Shown piece after piece: positions 17,187-25,740 of a stretch of 35,815 bases of DNA (the first letter of the stretch is position 1; each line of letters begins with the position of its first letter). Below the pieces are notes generated by a model. It searched no databases, was not told where the DNA came from, and worked only from the letters and a program-made list of their open reading frames with translations. Position numbers and translations under genes: made by a program. Origin of the DNA: a virus (taxonomy: Duplodnaviria; Caudoviricetes); IMG/VR virus record IMGVR_UViG_3300020044_003916, positions 1 through 35,815 of that record, one strand, 5' to 3'.

Positions 17187-17321
17187 ATGAAACACCAATG
17201 GCACTACGAGCGCCAGGCTCGCAAAATCAACAACCGCGCAGAAGCCGCAATGGGCGTCCTTCTTGCAGTGGTCATCGGCCTCGGCTTGGCCGCACTGCTT
17301 TTCATCCACCTTTCCAAGTGA
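17187..17321 (+). CDS. Small single-TM protein (44 aa)
   Basis: Manual translation MKHQWHYERQARKINNRAEAAMGVLLAVVIGLGLAALLFIHLSK; same RBS/start 16-mer as the 16945 ORF. Confidence 0.6.
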   Translation: MKHQWHYERQARKINNRAEAAMGVLLAVVIGLGLAALLFIHLSK

Positions 17322-17329
17322 GGCCAGCC

Positions 17330-17611
17330 ATGTTCACACCAGGAAAATGGACAATCGACGCATCAAACCGCGATTCATCAGGCTGGATCGCAATCCGCCA
17401 AGGCGCTGACAAATACGACCTGACAGTCGCATCGACCTTTGGGCATTTTCCAGATACGGTCGAAGCCGATGCCCGCCTGATCGCCGCATCCAAAGACCTT
17501 TACCAAGCCGTGCTGGATCTGCTGCCATTGGCCGAAAACGCCTACGGACTCAAAGACCCCAAGGTGGCGGCCATCCGCGCAATCATCGACCAGATCGGCG
17601 GCGCAAAATGA
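17330..17611 (+). CDS. Hypothetical phage protein (TPG.W...ADARLIAAS.DL type)
   Basis: Motif common in small early phage proteins; GAGG RBS. Confidence 0.7.
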   Translation: MFTPGKWTIDASNRDSSGWIAIRQGADKYDLTVASTFGHFPDTVEADARLIAASKDLYQAVLDLLPLAENAYGLKDPKVAAIRAIIDQIGGAK

Positions 17612-17763
17612 AGCAACCCATCATGATCCCCATCGTGCCAAACGACAAATTCGAACCCGAGGCGTCTAGCCTTGAAGTTCCGTGCTGCTGGTGCAAGCAT
17701 CGCAACGGCTACGACGACCAAGACCCATGCGCCGACTGCGGCCACAACGGGGACAACCAATGA
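17608..17763 (+). CDS. Small Cys-rich protein (51 aa)
   Basis: Manual translation with CCWC...CADC; ATGA coupling on both sides. Confidence 0.55.
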   Translation: MKQPIMIPIVPNDKFEPEASSLEVPCCWCKHRNGYDDQDPCADCGHNGDNQ

Positions 17764-18086
17764 GCAGCGTCAAGCACATGGCAGTGCTCAATGCTTTGCA
17801 TCTGAATGGCCCGCAAGACTATCTGGCCTTGGAGCGCACCCTTGGCATGGCCGGATTGCACCGCCTAACCAATTACCTGCAACAGCAAGGGCTGATCGTT
17901 GGCTTGCCAAAAAAGGCAGGCGAGCTTCGCCAATACAAGCTGACGCAGGAAGGTTTGAGCCGCATTGGGCAACTGACGATCACCACGGGCCGGGTTTACG
18001 AGCCGCTGGTTTACAAGGAATTCACACCCACAAGACCAGGCGCCATGGATGCGGCCTCAATCAAATCACGGGGGATCAGCGCATGA
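17760..18086 (+). CDS. Hypothetical protein, possible winged helix
   Basis: ATGA coupling; L.QQGLI......YKLT.EG pattern. Confidence 0.6.
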   Translation: MSSVKHMAVLNALHLNGPQDYLALERTLGMAGLHRLTNYLQQQGLIVGLPKKAGELRQYKLTQEGLSRIGQLTITTGRVYEPLVYKEFTPTRPGAMDAASIKSRGISA

Positions 18087-18190
18087 GTTGGCCATTTCCA
18101 CCGGTTACCGGCCCCGTGCCGTGGACACGCAAGCAGATCAAGGAATACGAACTTCAACAGCGCAGGCGGTTGCCAGACGCGCCTTTTTAG
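18083..18190 (+). CDS. Small hypothetical protein (35 aa, MSWPFPP...DAPF)
   Basis: ATGA coupling. Confidence 0.5.
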   Translation: MSWPFPPVTGPVPWTRKQIKEYELQQRRRLPDAPF

Positions 18191-18198
18191 GGGTCAAT

Positions 18199-18357
18199 AT
18201 GCTTGAATTTGCATTGTTCTTTTTTGGGTTTTGGGCTGGTGTTGCCGTGATGTGCGTTTTGCACATTGCCGCAGAAACCTCATGCAATCAAGACTGTAAC
18301 CAAGGCCGGGAATGCGACTGCGCACAAACCCGCCGCAACTTTGAAAGTGAAACATGA
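18199..18357 (+). CDS. Small TM protein with CNQDCNQGRECDC motif
   Basis: AGGGG RBS; hydrophobic N-terminus plus Cys cluster. Confidence 0.55.
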   Translation: MLEFALFFFGFWAGVAVMCVLHIAAETSCNQDCNQGRECDCAQTRRNFESET

Positions 18358-18509
18358 CACACGCACAAAAAGTATTTGAGGCCGTTATGACTTCCAAGGG
18401 TCACACCGACTTCAGCAAGAGCGACACCGGCAAGTACAACAACGTCAGCTTGGCAATGCGCTGGCCGTACTTTTTGTTGGGTTGGGAGATGCGTGAGGTG
18501 ACGGTATGA
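18354..18509 (+). CDS. Small hypothetical protein (51 aa)
   Basis: Manual translation MTHAQKVFEAVM...FLLGWEMREVTV; ATGA coupling on both sides. Confidence 0.6.
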   Translation: MTHAQKVFEAVMTSKGHTDFSKSDTGKYNNVSLAMRWPYFLLGWEMREVTV

Positions 18510-18757
18510 CCCTCACAGGCATAAAAGCATGGCCTAGATGCCTCGAAACGTGGGCGTTGAACATCATCACCAGCCGCGACTGGCAACTGCTGTCCTTGGC
18601 CAAGCCAGAGATCGAAACGCCCTGCGAATTTGCGCACATACCAAAGGCGTACGAATCTAAAAAAGGCTTGGGTACGTGGAACGGTGCTGGGTTCTTTTCT
18701 TACCCTGACGGGCTCTGGGTGTCGGACCCAAATGAAACTTACTGGAGAAAAGCATGA
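18506..18757 (+). CDS. Hypothetical protein
   Basis: GAGGTG RBS, ATGA coupling. Confidence 0.6.
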   Translation: MTLTGIKAWPRCLETWALNIITSRDWQLLSLAKPEIETPCEFAHIPKAYESKKGLGTWNGAGFFSYPDGLWVSDPNETYWRKA

Positions 18758-19044
18758 CCACCTACACAGTGAGCTATTTCATCAAGAACCCGACAAAGTT
18801 TGAAGAAGGCGCAACAGTAACGGAAATGGGTAACGGCTGGTTTCGTGTTGTCAAGGTTACGGATGTTATGCCTCCATCAGACCCGCTGGAGTTTGCCAAG
18901 AGTCTTGTATTTCCGGTTGGCTCTGCGGGGCACACCATTGAGACAGGTTTTTATGCGCCCGCCTGTGTCCCATGCAAACCCAAGCGCAAAGCCGCATGGA
19001 AACAAAACCCACTGCAAAGATTTGCACCAAGGAGCAAAGCATGA
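18754..19044 (+). CDS. Hypothetical protein
   Basis: GGAG RBS, ATGA coupling. Confidence 0.6.
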   Translation: MTTYTVSYFIKNPTKFEEGATVTEMGNGWFRVVKVTDVMPPSDPLEFAKSLVFPVGSAGHTIETGFYAPACVPCKPKRKAAWKQNPLQRFAPRSKA

Positions 19045-19634
19045 TCTGTAACGAATGCGAAACAGTCGCACACTGCCTGAAGAATGGGTGTGTGCCTAAG
19101 CAACCGAGCAAGGACGAAGCATTGAAGCTGGCGCTGGAGGCGTTGGGTAAAGCGCGAAGCCGCATCGTAGAAGCCGGTGGCAGTGGATGGAAACTAGAAG
19201 CACAACGATGCGTCAATGCCATAACCGCCATCAAGCAAGCCCTTTTCACGGCTACGCAGGAGCCTGTGGCGTGGGTTGAACCAGAGTTCTGGAGTTACCT
19301 TGAGCAATCTAACTGTGGAACCGCGTATCGACTTCCTGACGGGGAAAGGCAACCCCTATACACCACCCCACCCGCAGCACAGCCAGCACTTAAGCCGCTG
19401 ACACCAGACATGTTCTGGAACCAAGACGATGCCGAAACACCGCACGACAGTATTGAAGAATTTTTGAATTCTGAAATCTGCAATGGTTACCTTGAGGTTG
19501 GTGCAGTGTTCACGTTGTTGCAGGCAAAAAAATTCCCAAGCGTGAAGATCAGGGTCACAAGCATTGATGAGAACGAATGCGAAGCCGAATACGAAATCAT
19601 CGAAGCCGCCCACGGAAACAAGGGGGACGCATGA
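19041..19634 (+). CDS. Mosaic early protein with EPVAW...PLYTTPPAAQP module (Ea22/EaA-like)
   Basis: AAGGAG RBS; DEALKLALEAL, QEPVAW and PLYT.PP motifs. Confidence 0.65.
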   Translation: MICNECETVAHCLKNGCVPKQPSKDEALKLALEALGKARSRIVEAGGSGWKLEAQRCVNAITAIKQALFTATQEPVAWVEPEFWSYLEQSNCGTAYRLPDGERQPLYTTPPAAQPALKPLTPDMFWNQDDAETPHDSIEEFLNSEICNGYLEVGAVFTLLQAKKFPSVKIRVTSIDENECEAEYEIIEAAHGNKGDA

Positions 19635-19864
19635 AAATCCACGTCTACACAAAAAGCGGTTGCCCGAATTGCGAGACAGCCAAGGCGCTGCTGAAGTCCC
19701 GAGGCCTGCCGTTCGAGGAAAACAACCTGGACGAGCCCGCGCTGATAGCCGCATTCCAGCGGATGTACCCCGAAGCCCGCCAAATGCCGCAAATCACAAT
19801 TGACGGCCAGCGCGTCGGTGGCCTTGCCGGTTTGCAAGCCGCCCTGCGACAATTGGGGCTATGA
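19631..19864 (+). CDS. Glutaredoxin
   Basis: VYTKSGCPNC active site, MPQI cis-Pro motif, VGG. Confidence 0.9.
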   Translation: MKIHVYTKSGCPNCETAKALLKSRGLPFEENNLDEPALIAAFQRMYPEARQMPQITIDGQRVGGLAGLQAALRQLGL

Positions 19865-20109
19865 GCAAATCACGCCTGCCAGAAATCCGAGCGCTATTGC
19901 GGCGCTTTGACGATGGCATGACGGTCCGCAGCATTTCCGAATACACCGGCGCGAGCTTGGCGGTCACGCGAAACAGCCTTATTTTGATGCCCGACGCGTA
20001 CATCGACCGATGGACAATCAGCGATGCAAACAAAGGACAGTTTGAAGCCGTCTGGTGCGTTGTAATTCCGCCCGAGAATTGCCCACACCCGAGAGGCGAA
20101 AACGAATAA
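19861..20109 (+). CDS. Small HTH-like hypothetical protein
   Basis: DGMTVRSISEYTG..., DAYIDRW, AVWCVV.PPENCP.P; last gene before the late region. Confidence 0.65.
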   Translation: MSKSRLPEIRALLRRFDDGMTVRSISEYTGASLAVTRNSLILMPDAYIDRWTISDANKGQFEAVWCVVIPPENCPHPRGENE

Positions 20110-20292
20110 AATAGAGTCTTGATTGGCGGGGCTTTCCAATACTTTCAGACGGGGACGCTCACCTGTCAAAAAGCCCAAATGCCAGACCAGCGTCACCCGC
20201 CTGAGAACTCATGGCGCTGAGAGGTCAAGCACCGGAAGGCCGTAAGTTGTAAGGTGCAAATTTGGGAACGAGCAATTAACGAAAGAAAAAGC

Positions 20293-21090
20293 ATGAGCAA
20301 AAATCCAGCCGACAAAGTGGCAAAGTGGGGCATCGACAAACTGATCCCATACGCCAGGAACAGCCGAACGCACAGCGAGGCGCAAATCGCGCAGATCGCG
20401 GCCAGCATCAAGGAATGGGGATTCACCAGCGCCGTGCTGGTTGACCCCGAGGGCGGCATCATCGCGGGCCACGGGCGCGTTATGGCCGCACGCAAACTAG
20501 GGATGAAAGAAGTGCCGGTGATGGTGGCCGAGGGCTGGACGGACGCGCAAAAGCGGGCTTATGTCATTGCGGACAACAAGTTGGCGATGAACGCCGGGTG
20601 GGATGACGAGATGCTTGCCTTGGAATTTAAAGAGTTGCAAGATCTTGGATTCGGCATAGAGTTGATCGGTTTTAGCAAAGACGAAATTGCAGCCCTCATG
20701 CCCAAAGATCCAGACGATGATGGTGCTGACAGCAGCAAATACACCAAGAAGATCGACGCCCCCATCTACCAACCAACCGGCGACTGCCCACCCACAGCGG
20801 CCCTCTATGATCCGGCCAAGTACACCCAGCTAACGGCCCAGATTTACCAGAACAACGACTTGGCGCCAGAGGTCAAAGAGTTTTTGCTTCTGGCGGCCAC
20901 CAGGCACATCCGCTTCGACTTCGAGCAGATCGCAGAGTTCTACGCCCACGCAGACCCAGACACGCAGCAGCTCATGGAAGACAGCGCGTTGGTCATCATC
21001 GACTTCGACAAAGCCATCTCGGGCGGGTACGTCAAACTCTCCCAGGCCATCAGTAAAGTTTATGTCAGCGAAAAAGGCATTTCGCAATGA
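20293..21090 (+). CDS. ParB/Srx-like N-terminal domain fused to an uncharacterised C-terminal domain
   Basis: LIPYARNSRTH, SIKEWGF, IIAGHGR..AA, AY.IADNKL motifs; acidic linker then a distinct ~110-aa domain. Confidence 0.85.
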   Translation: MSKNPADKVAKWGIDKLIPYARNSRTHSEAQIAQIAASIKEWGFTSAVLVDPEGGIIAGHGRVMAARKLGMKEVPVMVAEGWTDAQKRAYVIADNKLAMNAGWDDEMLALEFKELQDLGFGIELIGFSKDEIAALMPKDPDDDGADSSKYTKKIDAPIYQPTGDCPPTAALYDPAKYTQLTAQIYQNNDLAPEVKEFLLLAATRHIRFDFEQIAEFYAHADPDTQQLMEDSALVIIDFDKAISGGYVKLSQAISKVYVSEKGISQ

Positions 21091-22004
21091 TTACCAAAGA
21101 TCGGAACTTTGCAGTTTTTATTCTTACTCATGGTCGGGCTCATCATGTTTACACCTATGAAGCCCTTCGCAAACACGGCTACACCGGCGAGATCTACCTC
21201 GTCTGCGATGACGAGGACAAACAGATCAAGCAATACCTGGCGCTCTACGGCCTCGACTCCGTGATCGTTTTCAACAAGCAAGAGGCCATCGACAACACCG
21301 ACAGCGGCGATAACCTCAAGAAGCGAAACAGCGTTGTTTATGCGAGGAATCAGAGTTTCAAAATTGCAGCCGAACTTGGTCTCACCCACTTTTGGCAGCT
21401 CGATGACGATTACACACGGTTTGATTATTCAACCAATGAGCAATTACAGTACATAACCAAAGAAAATAAGATCGGGAAACTCGATGATGTATTGGCCGCA
21501 ATGATTGACTTCATGGATGAAACGCCATTTCATTCAATTGCATTTGCGCAAGGGGGTGATTTTATTGGTGGAGAATATGGGGTTGTTTTGGCGAAAATGC
21601 GCAAAGATCAGATCTATCGCAAAGTAATGAATTCATTTCTATTCAGAGTTGACCGGCCAGTTAAATTTATGGGCCGTATCAACGAAGACGTCAACATGTA
21701 CGTTGAATGGGGTCGCCGTGGATTTCTTTTTATGACATCGCCGCAGTTGCGTTTGCAACAGAAAGAAACACAAGCTAATTCTGGCGGCTTAACTGATATT
21801 TATTTGGATCTCGGAACCTACGTGAAATCTTTTTATTCTGTAATTTATGCGCCATCATGCGTACATGTTGCCGAAGTTGGAACTAGTGATAGACATATTC
21901 ATCATCGAATCTCATGGCGGCACGCAGTCCCCATGATCCTTGACGAGCAGCATAGAAAGCCCAGGCTCTTGTCCCGCTACACCAACACAGTCCAGGAGAT
22001 GTGA
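21087..22004 (+). CDS. GREB1/TAGT-like (GT-A fold) glycosyltransferase
   Basis: VFILTHGRA, YARN, FWQLDDDY (DxD), GRINEDV, NSGGLTDIY motifs. Confidence 0.75.
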   Translation: MITKDRNFAVFILTHGRAHHVYTYEALRKHGYTGEIYLVCDDEDKQIKQYLALYGLDSVIVFNKQEAIDNTDSGDNLKKRNSVVYARNQSFKIAAELGLTHFWQLDDDYTRFDYSTNEQLQYITKENKIGKLDDVLAAMIDFMDETPFHSIAFAQGGDFIGGEYGVVLAKMRKDQIYRKVMNSFLFRVDRPVKFMGRINEDVNMYVEWGRRGFLFMTSPQLRLQQKETQANSGGLTDIYLDLGTYVKSFYSVIYAPSCVHVAEVGTSDRHIHHRISWRHAVPMILDEQHRKPRLLSRYTNTVQEM

Positions 22005-22006
22005 CC

Positions 22007-22420
22007 ATGGCAAAACTTGAAAAATCGGTTGTAAAAAAGCAACAGACCCACGGCGGCGCTCGGGAAGGCTCAGGCCGCAAGGCCTTCGAGCCCACAGATC
22101 CAGAGCGCAAACAGGTCGAAGCCCTCAGTGGCTACGGTCTCCCCATCGAGCAGATCGCAGTCTTGATCCGCGAGGGCATCGACACCGACACCCTGCGCAA
22201 ACACTTTGCCACCGAGCTGCAATCAGGCAAAGCTAAGGCCAACGCCCAGGTGGGGAAAACCCTATTCCAGAAAGTCATGGCAGGCGACACCACAGCAGCC
22301 ATCTGGTGGAGCAAAACCCAAATGCGCTGGGCCGAAACCCAAAAGCACGAACTCACCGGGGCCGATGGCGCTCCCCTGGAGTTCGCCAAGATCGAACGGG
22401 TGATCGTCAAGAATGGGTAA
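22007..22420 (+). CDS. terS: Terminase small subunit
   Basis: HGGAREGSGRK, HTH region, GDTTAAIWWSK, ELTGADGAPL tail; directly upstream of TerL. Confidence 0.8.
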   Translation: MAKLEKSVVKKQQTHGGAREGSGRKAFEPTDPERKQVEALSGYGLPIEQIAVLIREGIDTDTLRKHFATELQSGKAKANAQVGKTLFQKVMAGDTTAAIWWSKTQMRWAETQKHELTGADGAPLEFAKIERVIVKNG

Positions 22421-23639
22421 GGTCTTGCAACTCCCCACCCCAGAGTGGGCCCTGCCCCTGCTCAACCCCAGCCGCTACAAAGGCGCATGGGGTGGCCGAG
22501 GCTCCGGCAAATCCCACATGTTTGCCGAGCTCATGATCGAGGCCCACATCATGGACCAGAAGCGGCGCAGGGTTTGCGTGCGCGAGATCCAGAAGTCCTT
22601 GAACCAGTCCGTCAAGCGCCTGCTGGAAACCAAGATCGAGTCCATGAATGCCGGGGCTTACTTCGAGGTGCAAGATGCCGTCATCAAGTCCCGCAAGGGC
22701 GACGGGATGATCATTTTCCAAGGGATGCAGAACCACACCGCCGACAGCATCAAGTCGCTGGAGGGCTACGACTGCGCCTGGGTGGAGGAAGCCCAAAGCC
22801 TCAGCCAAACCAGTCTCGACCTGCTCAGGCCAACCATCCGAAAGCCAGAGTCCGAACTTTGGTTTACCTGGAACCCGCGCCTGCACTCCGATCCGGTCGA
22901 TCACTTACTCCGTGGCCCAACGCCACCCAAAGACGCCAAGGTCTTGAAGGTCAACTTCACCGACAATCCATGGTTTCCAAGCGTCCTCAAAGACGAGATG
23001 GAATACGACAAACGGCGCGATCCAGACAAATACCAGCACGTCTGGATGGGCGGGTATCTGACCAACAGCAACACCCGTGTTTTCAAGAACTGGCGGGTCG
23101 AGGACTTCGACGCACCACCAGACGCCATCCACCGGCTCGGCGCTGACTGGGGTTTTGCCGTTGATCCCACCACCCTGGTGCGCTGCCACATCATTGGCCG
23201 CACCCTCTACATCGACTACGAGGCCTACATGGTCGGCTGCGAGATCGTGAACACCCCAGAGCTGTTCATGACCGTGCCCGAGGCCGAGAAGTGGCCCATC
23301 GTGGCCGACTCCGCCAGGCCAGAGACCATCAGCCACATGAAGCGCAACGGCTTCCCCAAGATCATGACCGCGGTCAAAGGGCCACGATCGGTGGAGGAAG
23401 GCATCGAGTTCCTCAAGAACTACGACATCGTTGTCCACCCTCGCTGCATCCACACCATCGACGAGCTCACCCTCTACAGCTACAAGACCGACCCCCTCAC
23501 GGGCAAGATCCTGCCAGTCTTGGAAGACAAGAAAAACCACGTGATCGATGCCCTGCGCTACGCCTGCGAAGCCGTCCGCCGGGCCAGCACATCCAAACCC
23601 GCCACCTTCACCCCTTTGCCAAATGTGAAGAAGTGGTGA
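22413..23639 (+). CDS. terL: Terminase large subunit, PBSX-type
   Basis: Walker A GGRGSGKS, Walker B AWVEE, TWNP, nuclease motifs ADWG, ADSA, HVIDALRY. Confidence 0.95.
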   Translation: MGKVLQLPTPEWALPLLNPSRYKGAWGGRGSGKSHMFAELMIEAHIMDQKRRRVCVREIQKSLNQSVKRLLETKIESMNAGAYFEVQDAVIKSRKGDGMIIFQGMQNHTADSIKSLEGYDCAWVEEAQSLSQTSLDLLRPTIRKPESELWFTWNPRLHSDPVDHLLRGPTPPKDAKVLKVNFTDNPWFPSVLKDEMEYDKRRDPDKYQHVWMGGYLTNSNTRVFKNWRVEDFDAPPDAIHRLGADWGFAVDPTTLVRCHIIGRTLYIDYEAYMVGCEIVNTPELFMTVPEAEKWPIVADSARPETISHMKRNGFPKIMTAVKGPRSVEEGIEFLKNYDIVVHPRCIHTIDELTLYSYKTDPLTGKILPVLEDKKNHVIDALRYACEAVRRASTSKPATFTPLPNVKKW

Positions 23640-23645
23640 GACAAT
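23616..23645 (+). promoter_or_regulatory. Putative promoter TTGCCA-N18-GACAAT (with extended TG) upstream of portal
   Basis: -35 at 23616-23621, -10 at 23640-23645. Confidence 0.55.
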
Positions 23646-23667
23646 CGCACAAATTGAGGAAATCCCC

Positions 23668-25740
23668 ATGGCCCGAATGAGCAACGACCAACGCCTCGCC
23701 AACCTGCACTCAGAAGCCCTGGCGCAGTTTGATGACGTACAGACAGCCCTCCGAGACGAGCGCTTGCAATGCCTCCAAGACCGGCGCTTCTACTCCCTGG
23801 CAGGCAGCCAGTGGGAAGGCCCACTCTGGGACTTGTACGAGAACAAGCCCAAGTTCGAGGTCAACAAGATCATGCTCTCGGTGATCCGCATCATCAACGA
23901 GTACCGCAACAACCGCATCACGGTGGACTACGTGTCCAAGGACGGCCAGGAAAACGACAAGCTGGCCGAGGTCTGCGACGGTCTGTATCGTGCAGACGAG
24001 CAGGCATCCGTCGCGGATGAGGCCTACGACAACGCTTTCGAGGAAGCAGTCGGCGGCGGCATCGGCGCATGGCGTTTGCGCACAGTCTACGAAGACGAGG
24101 AGAACGACGAAGACGACCGCCAGCGCATCAGGATCGAACCCATCTTCGACGCTGACAGCTCGGTGTTCTTCGACCTCGGGGCCAAGCGCCAGGACAAGTC
24201 CGACGCCAAGTATTGCTACGTCGTCACCAGCATGACGCGCCAGGCCTACAAAGACACCTGGGGCGACGACCCAACCGACTGGCCCAAGATCATCCACCAG
24301 TACGAGTTCGACTGGTGCACCCCTGACGTCGTGTATGTCGCTGAGTATTACAAGGTCGAGGAAAAGACCGAGACCATCCGCATCTTCCAGAACATCGCAG
24401 GCGAGGAAGAACGCTACACCCAGCAAGACTTTGCCAACGACGAGACCCTGGAAGAAACCCTCGCGGCCATCGGCACGGTCGAGATCCGCCAGAAGCGCGT
24501 CAAGCGCAAGCGCGTGCACAAATACATCATGTCCGGCGGCAGGGTCTTGGAGGATGCCGGCTACATCGCAGGCAAGTGCATCCCCATCGTGGTCGTGTAC
24601 GGCAAGCGTTGGTTTGTGGACAACATCGAGCGTTGCATGGGCCACGTCCGTTTGGCCAAAGATGCCCAGCGCCTCAAGAACATGCAGCTGTCCAAGCTGG
24701 GCGAGATCTCCGCACTGTCATCGGTGGAAAAGCCCATCCTGACCCCCGAGCAGGTCGCAGGCCACCAGGTCATGTGGTCCGAGGACAACCTCAAGGACTA
24801 CCCGTATCTGCTCATCAACCCGATCACCGACCAGAACGGAAATCAGGCAGTCAGCGGCCCGGTGGCCTACACCCGCGCCCCCAACATCCCACCGGCCATG
24901 GCCGCGCTCTTGCAGATCACCGAAACCGACATGCAGGACATCTTGGGCAACCCCCAAGGCGCAGACAAGATGGTCAGCGGCATGTCAGGCAAAGCCGTGG
25001 AGATGATCCAGACTCGCGTGGACATGCAGGCCTTCATCTACATGTCCAACTTTGCCAAGGGCATGAAGCGCTGCGGAGAGATCTGGCTCTCCATGGCCAA
25101 AGAGGTCTACATCGAAGACAAGCGCAAGATGAAGACCATCGCCCCAGATGGCCAAGCCGGGATGGTCGAACTCATGCAGCCATCAATCGACCAAGAGACC
25201 GGCGAAGTCGTCATGGAAAACGACCTCAGCGCGGCCACCTTTGACGTCGTTGCCGAGGTCGGCCCATCCAGCACCAGCAAGCGCGAGGCCACAGTCCGCG
25301 CCCTGACCGGCATGCTCCAGATCACAGCAGATCCAGAGACCCAGCAAGTGATCACCGCCATGGCCATGATGAATATGGAAGGCGAGGGCATCAGCGACGC
25401 CAACGCCTACTTCCGCAAGAAGCTCCTGCGCATGGGCGTGGTTAAGCCCACCGACGACGAGGCCCAAGAACTCATGGCAGAGATGCAACGCCAGCCGAAA
25501 GACCCGAACGCCATGTACTTGCAGGCCGCAGCCGAAGAAGCCACAGCCAAAGCAGCCCAGGCCCGAGCCACCACCGTCAAAACCATTGCAGACGCAGAAC
25601 TCAGCCGGGCCAAAACCGTCGAAACCCTCAGCAACGTGGACATGGATTCTCAAGACCACGCGCTGAACTTGGCAGAACAAATCGGCGGCTTTGTCCAGCA
25701 ACAAACACAGCCAGTTGTCAATCAACCCACAATTGAGTGA
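23668..25740 (+). CDS. Portal protein, P22-like (690 aa)
   Basis: G.QW, P.FE.NKI, GG.GAWR, IP.V.VYG, G.VRLAKD.QRL.N motifs; follows TerL. Confidence 0.92.
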   Translation: MARMSNDQRLANLHSEALAQFDDVQTALRDERLQCLQDRRFYSLAGSQWEGPLWDLYENKPKFEVNKIMLSVIRIINEYRNNRITVDYVSKDGQENDKLAEVCDGLYRADEQASVADEAYDNAFEEAVGGGIGAWRLRTVYEDEENDEDDRQRIRIEPIFDADSSVFFDLGAKRQDKSDAKYCYVVTSMTRQAYKDTWGDDPTDWPKIIHQYEFDWCTPDVVYVAEYYKVEEKTETIRIFQNIAGEEERYTQQDFANDETLEETLAAIGTVEIRQKRVKRKRVHKYIMSGGRVLEDAGYIAGKCIPIVVVYGKRWFVDNIERCMGHVRLAKDAQRLKNMQLSKLGEISALSSVEKPILTPEQVAGHQVMWSEDNLKDYPYLLINPITDQNGNQAVSGPVAYTRAPNIPPAMAALLQITETDMQDILGNPQGADKMVSGMSGKAVEMIQTRVDMQAFIYMSNFAKGMKRCGEIWLSMAKEVYIEDKRKMKTIAPDGQAGMVELMQPSIDQETGEVVMENDLSAATFDVVAEVGPSSTSKREATVRALTGMLQITADPETQQVITAMAMMNMEGEGISDANAYFRKKLLRMGVVKPTDDEAQELMAEMQRQPKDPNAMYLQAAAEEATAKAAQARATTVKTIADAELSRAKTVETLSNVDMDSQDHALNLAEQIGGFVQQQTQPVVNQPTIE

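Noticed and set aside
20293-21090. ParB as evidence of a plasmid-prophage partition system
   Set aside because: No ParA or parS array; the domain is the terminase-associated ParB/Srx type lacking the partition HTH
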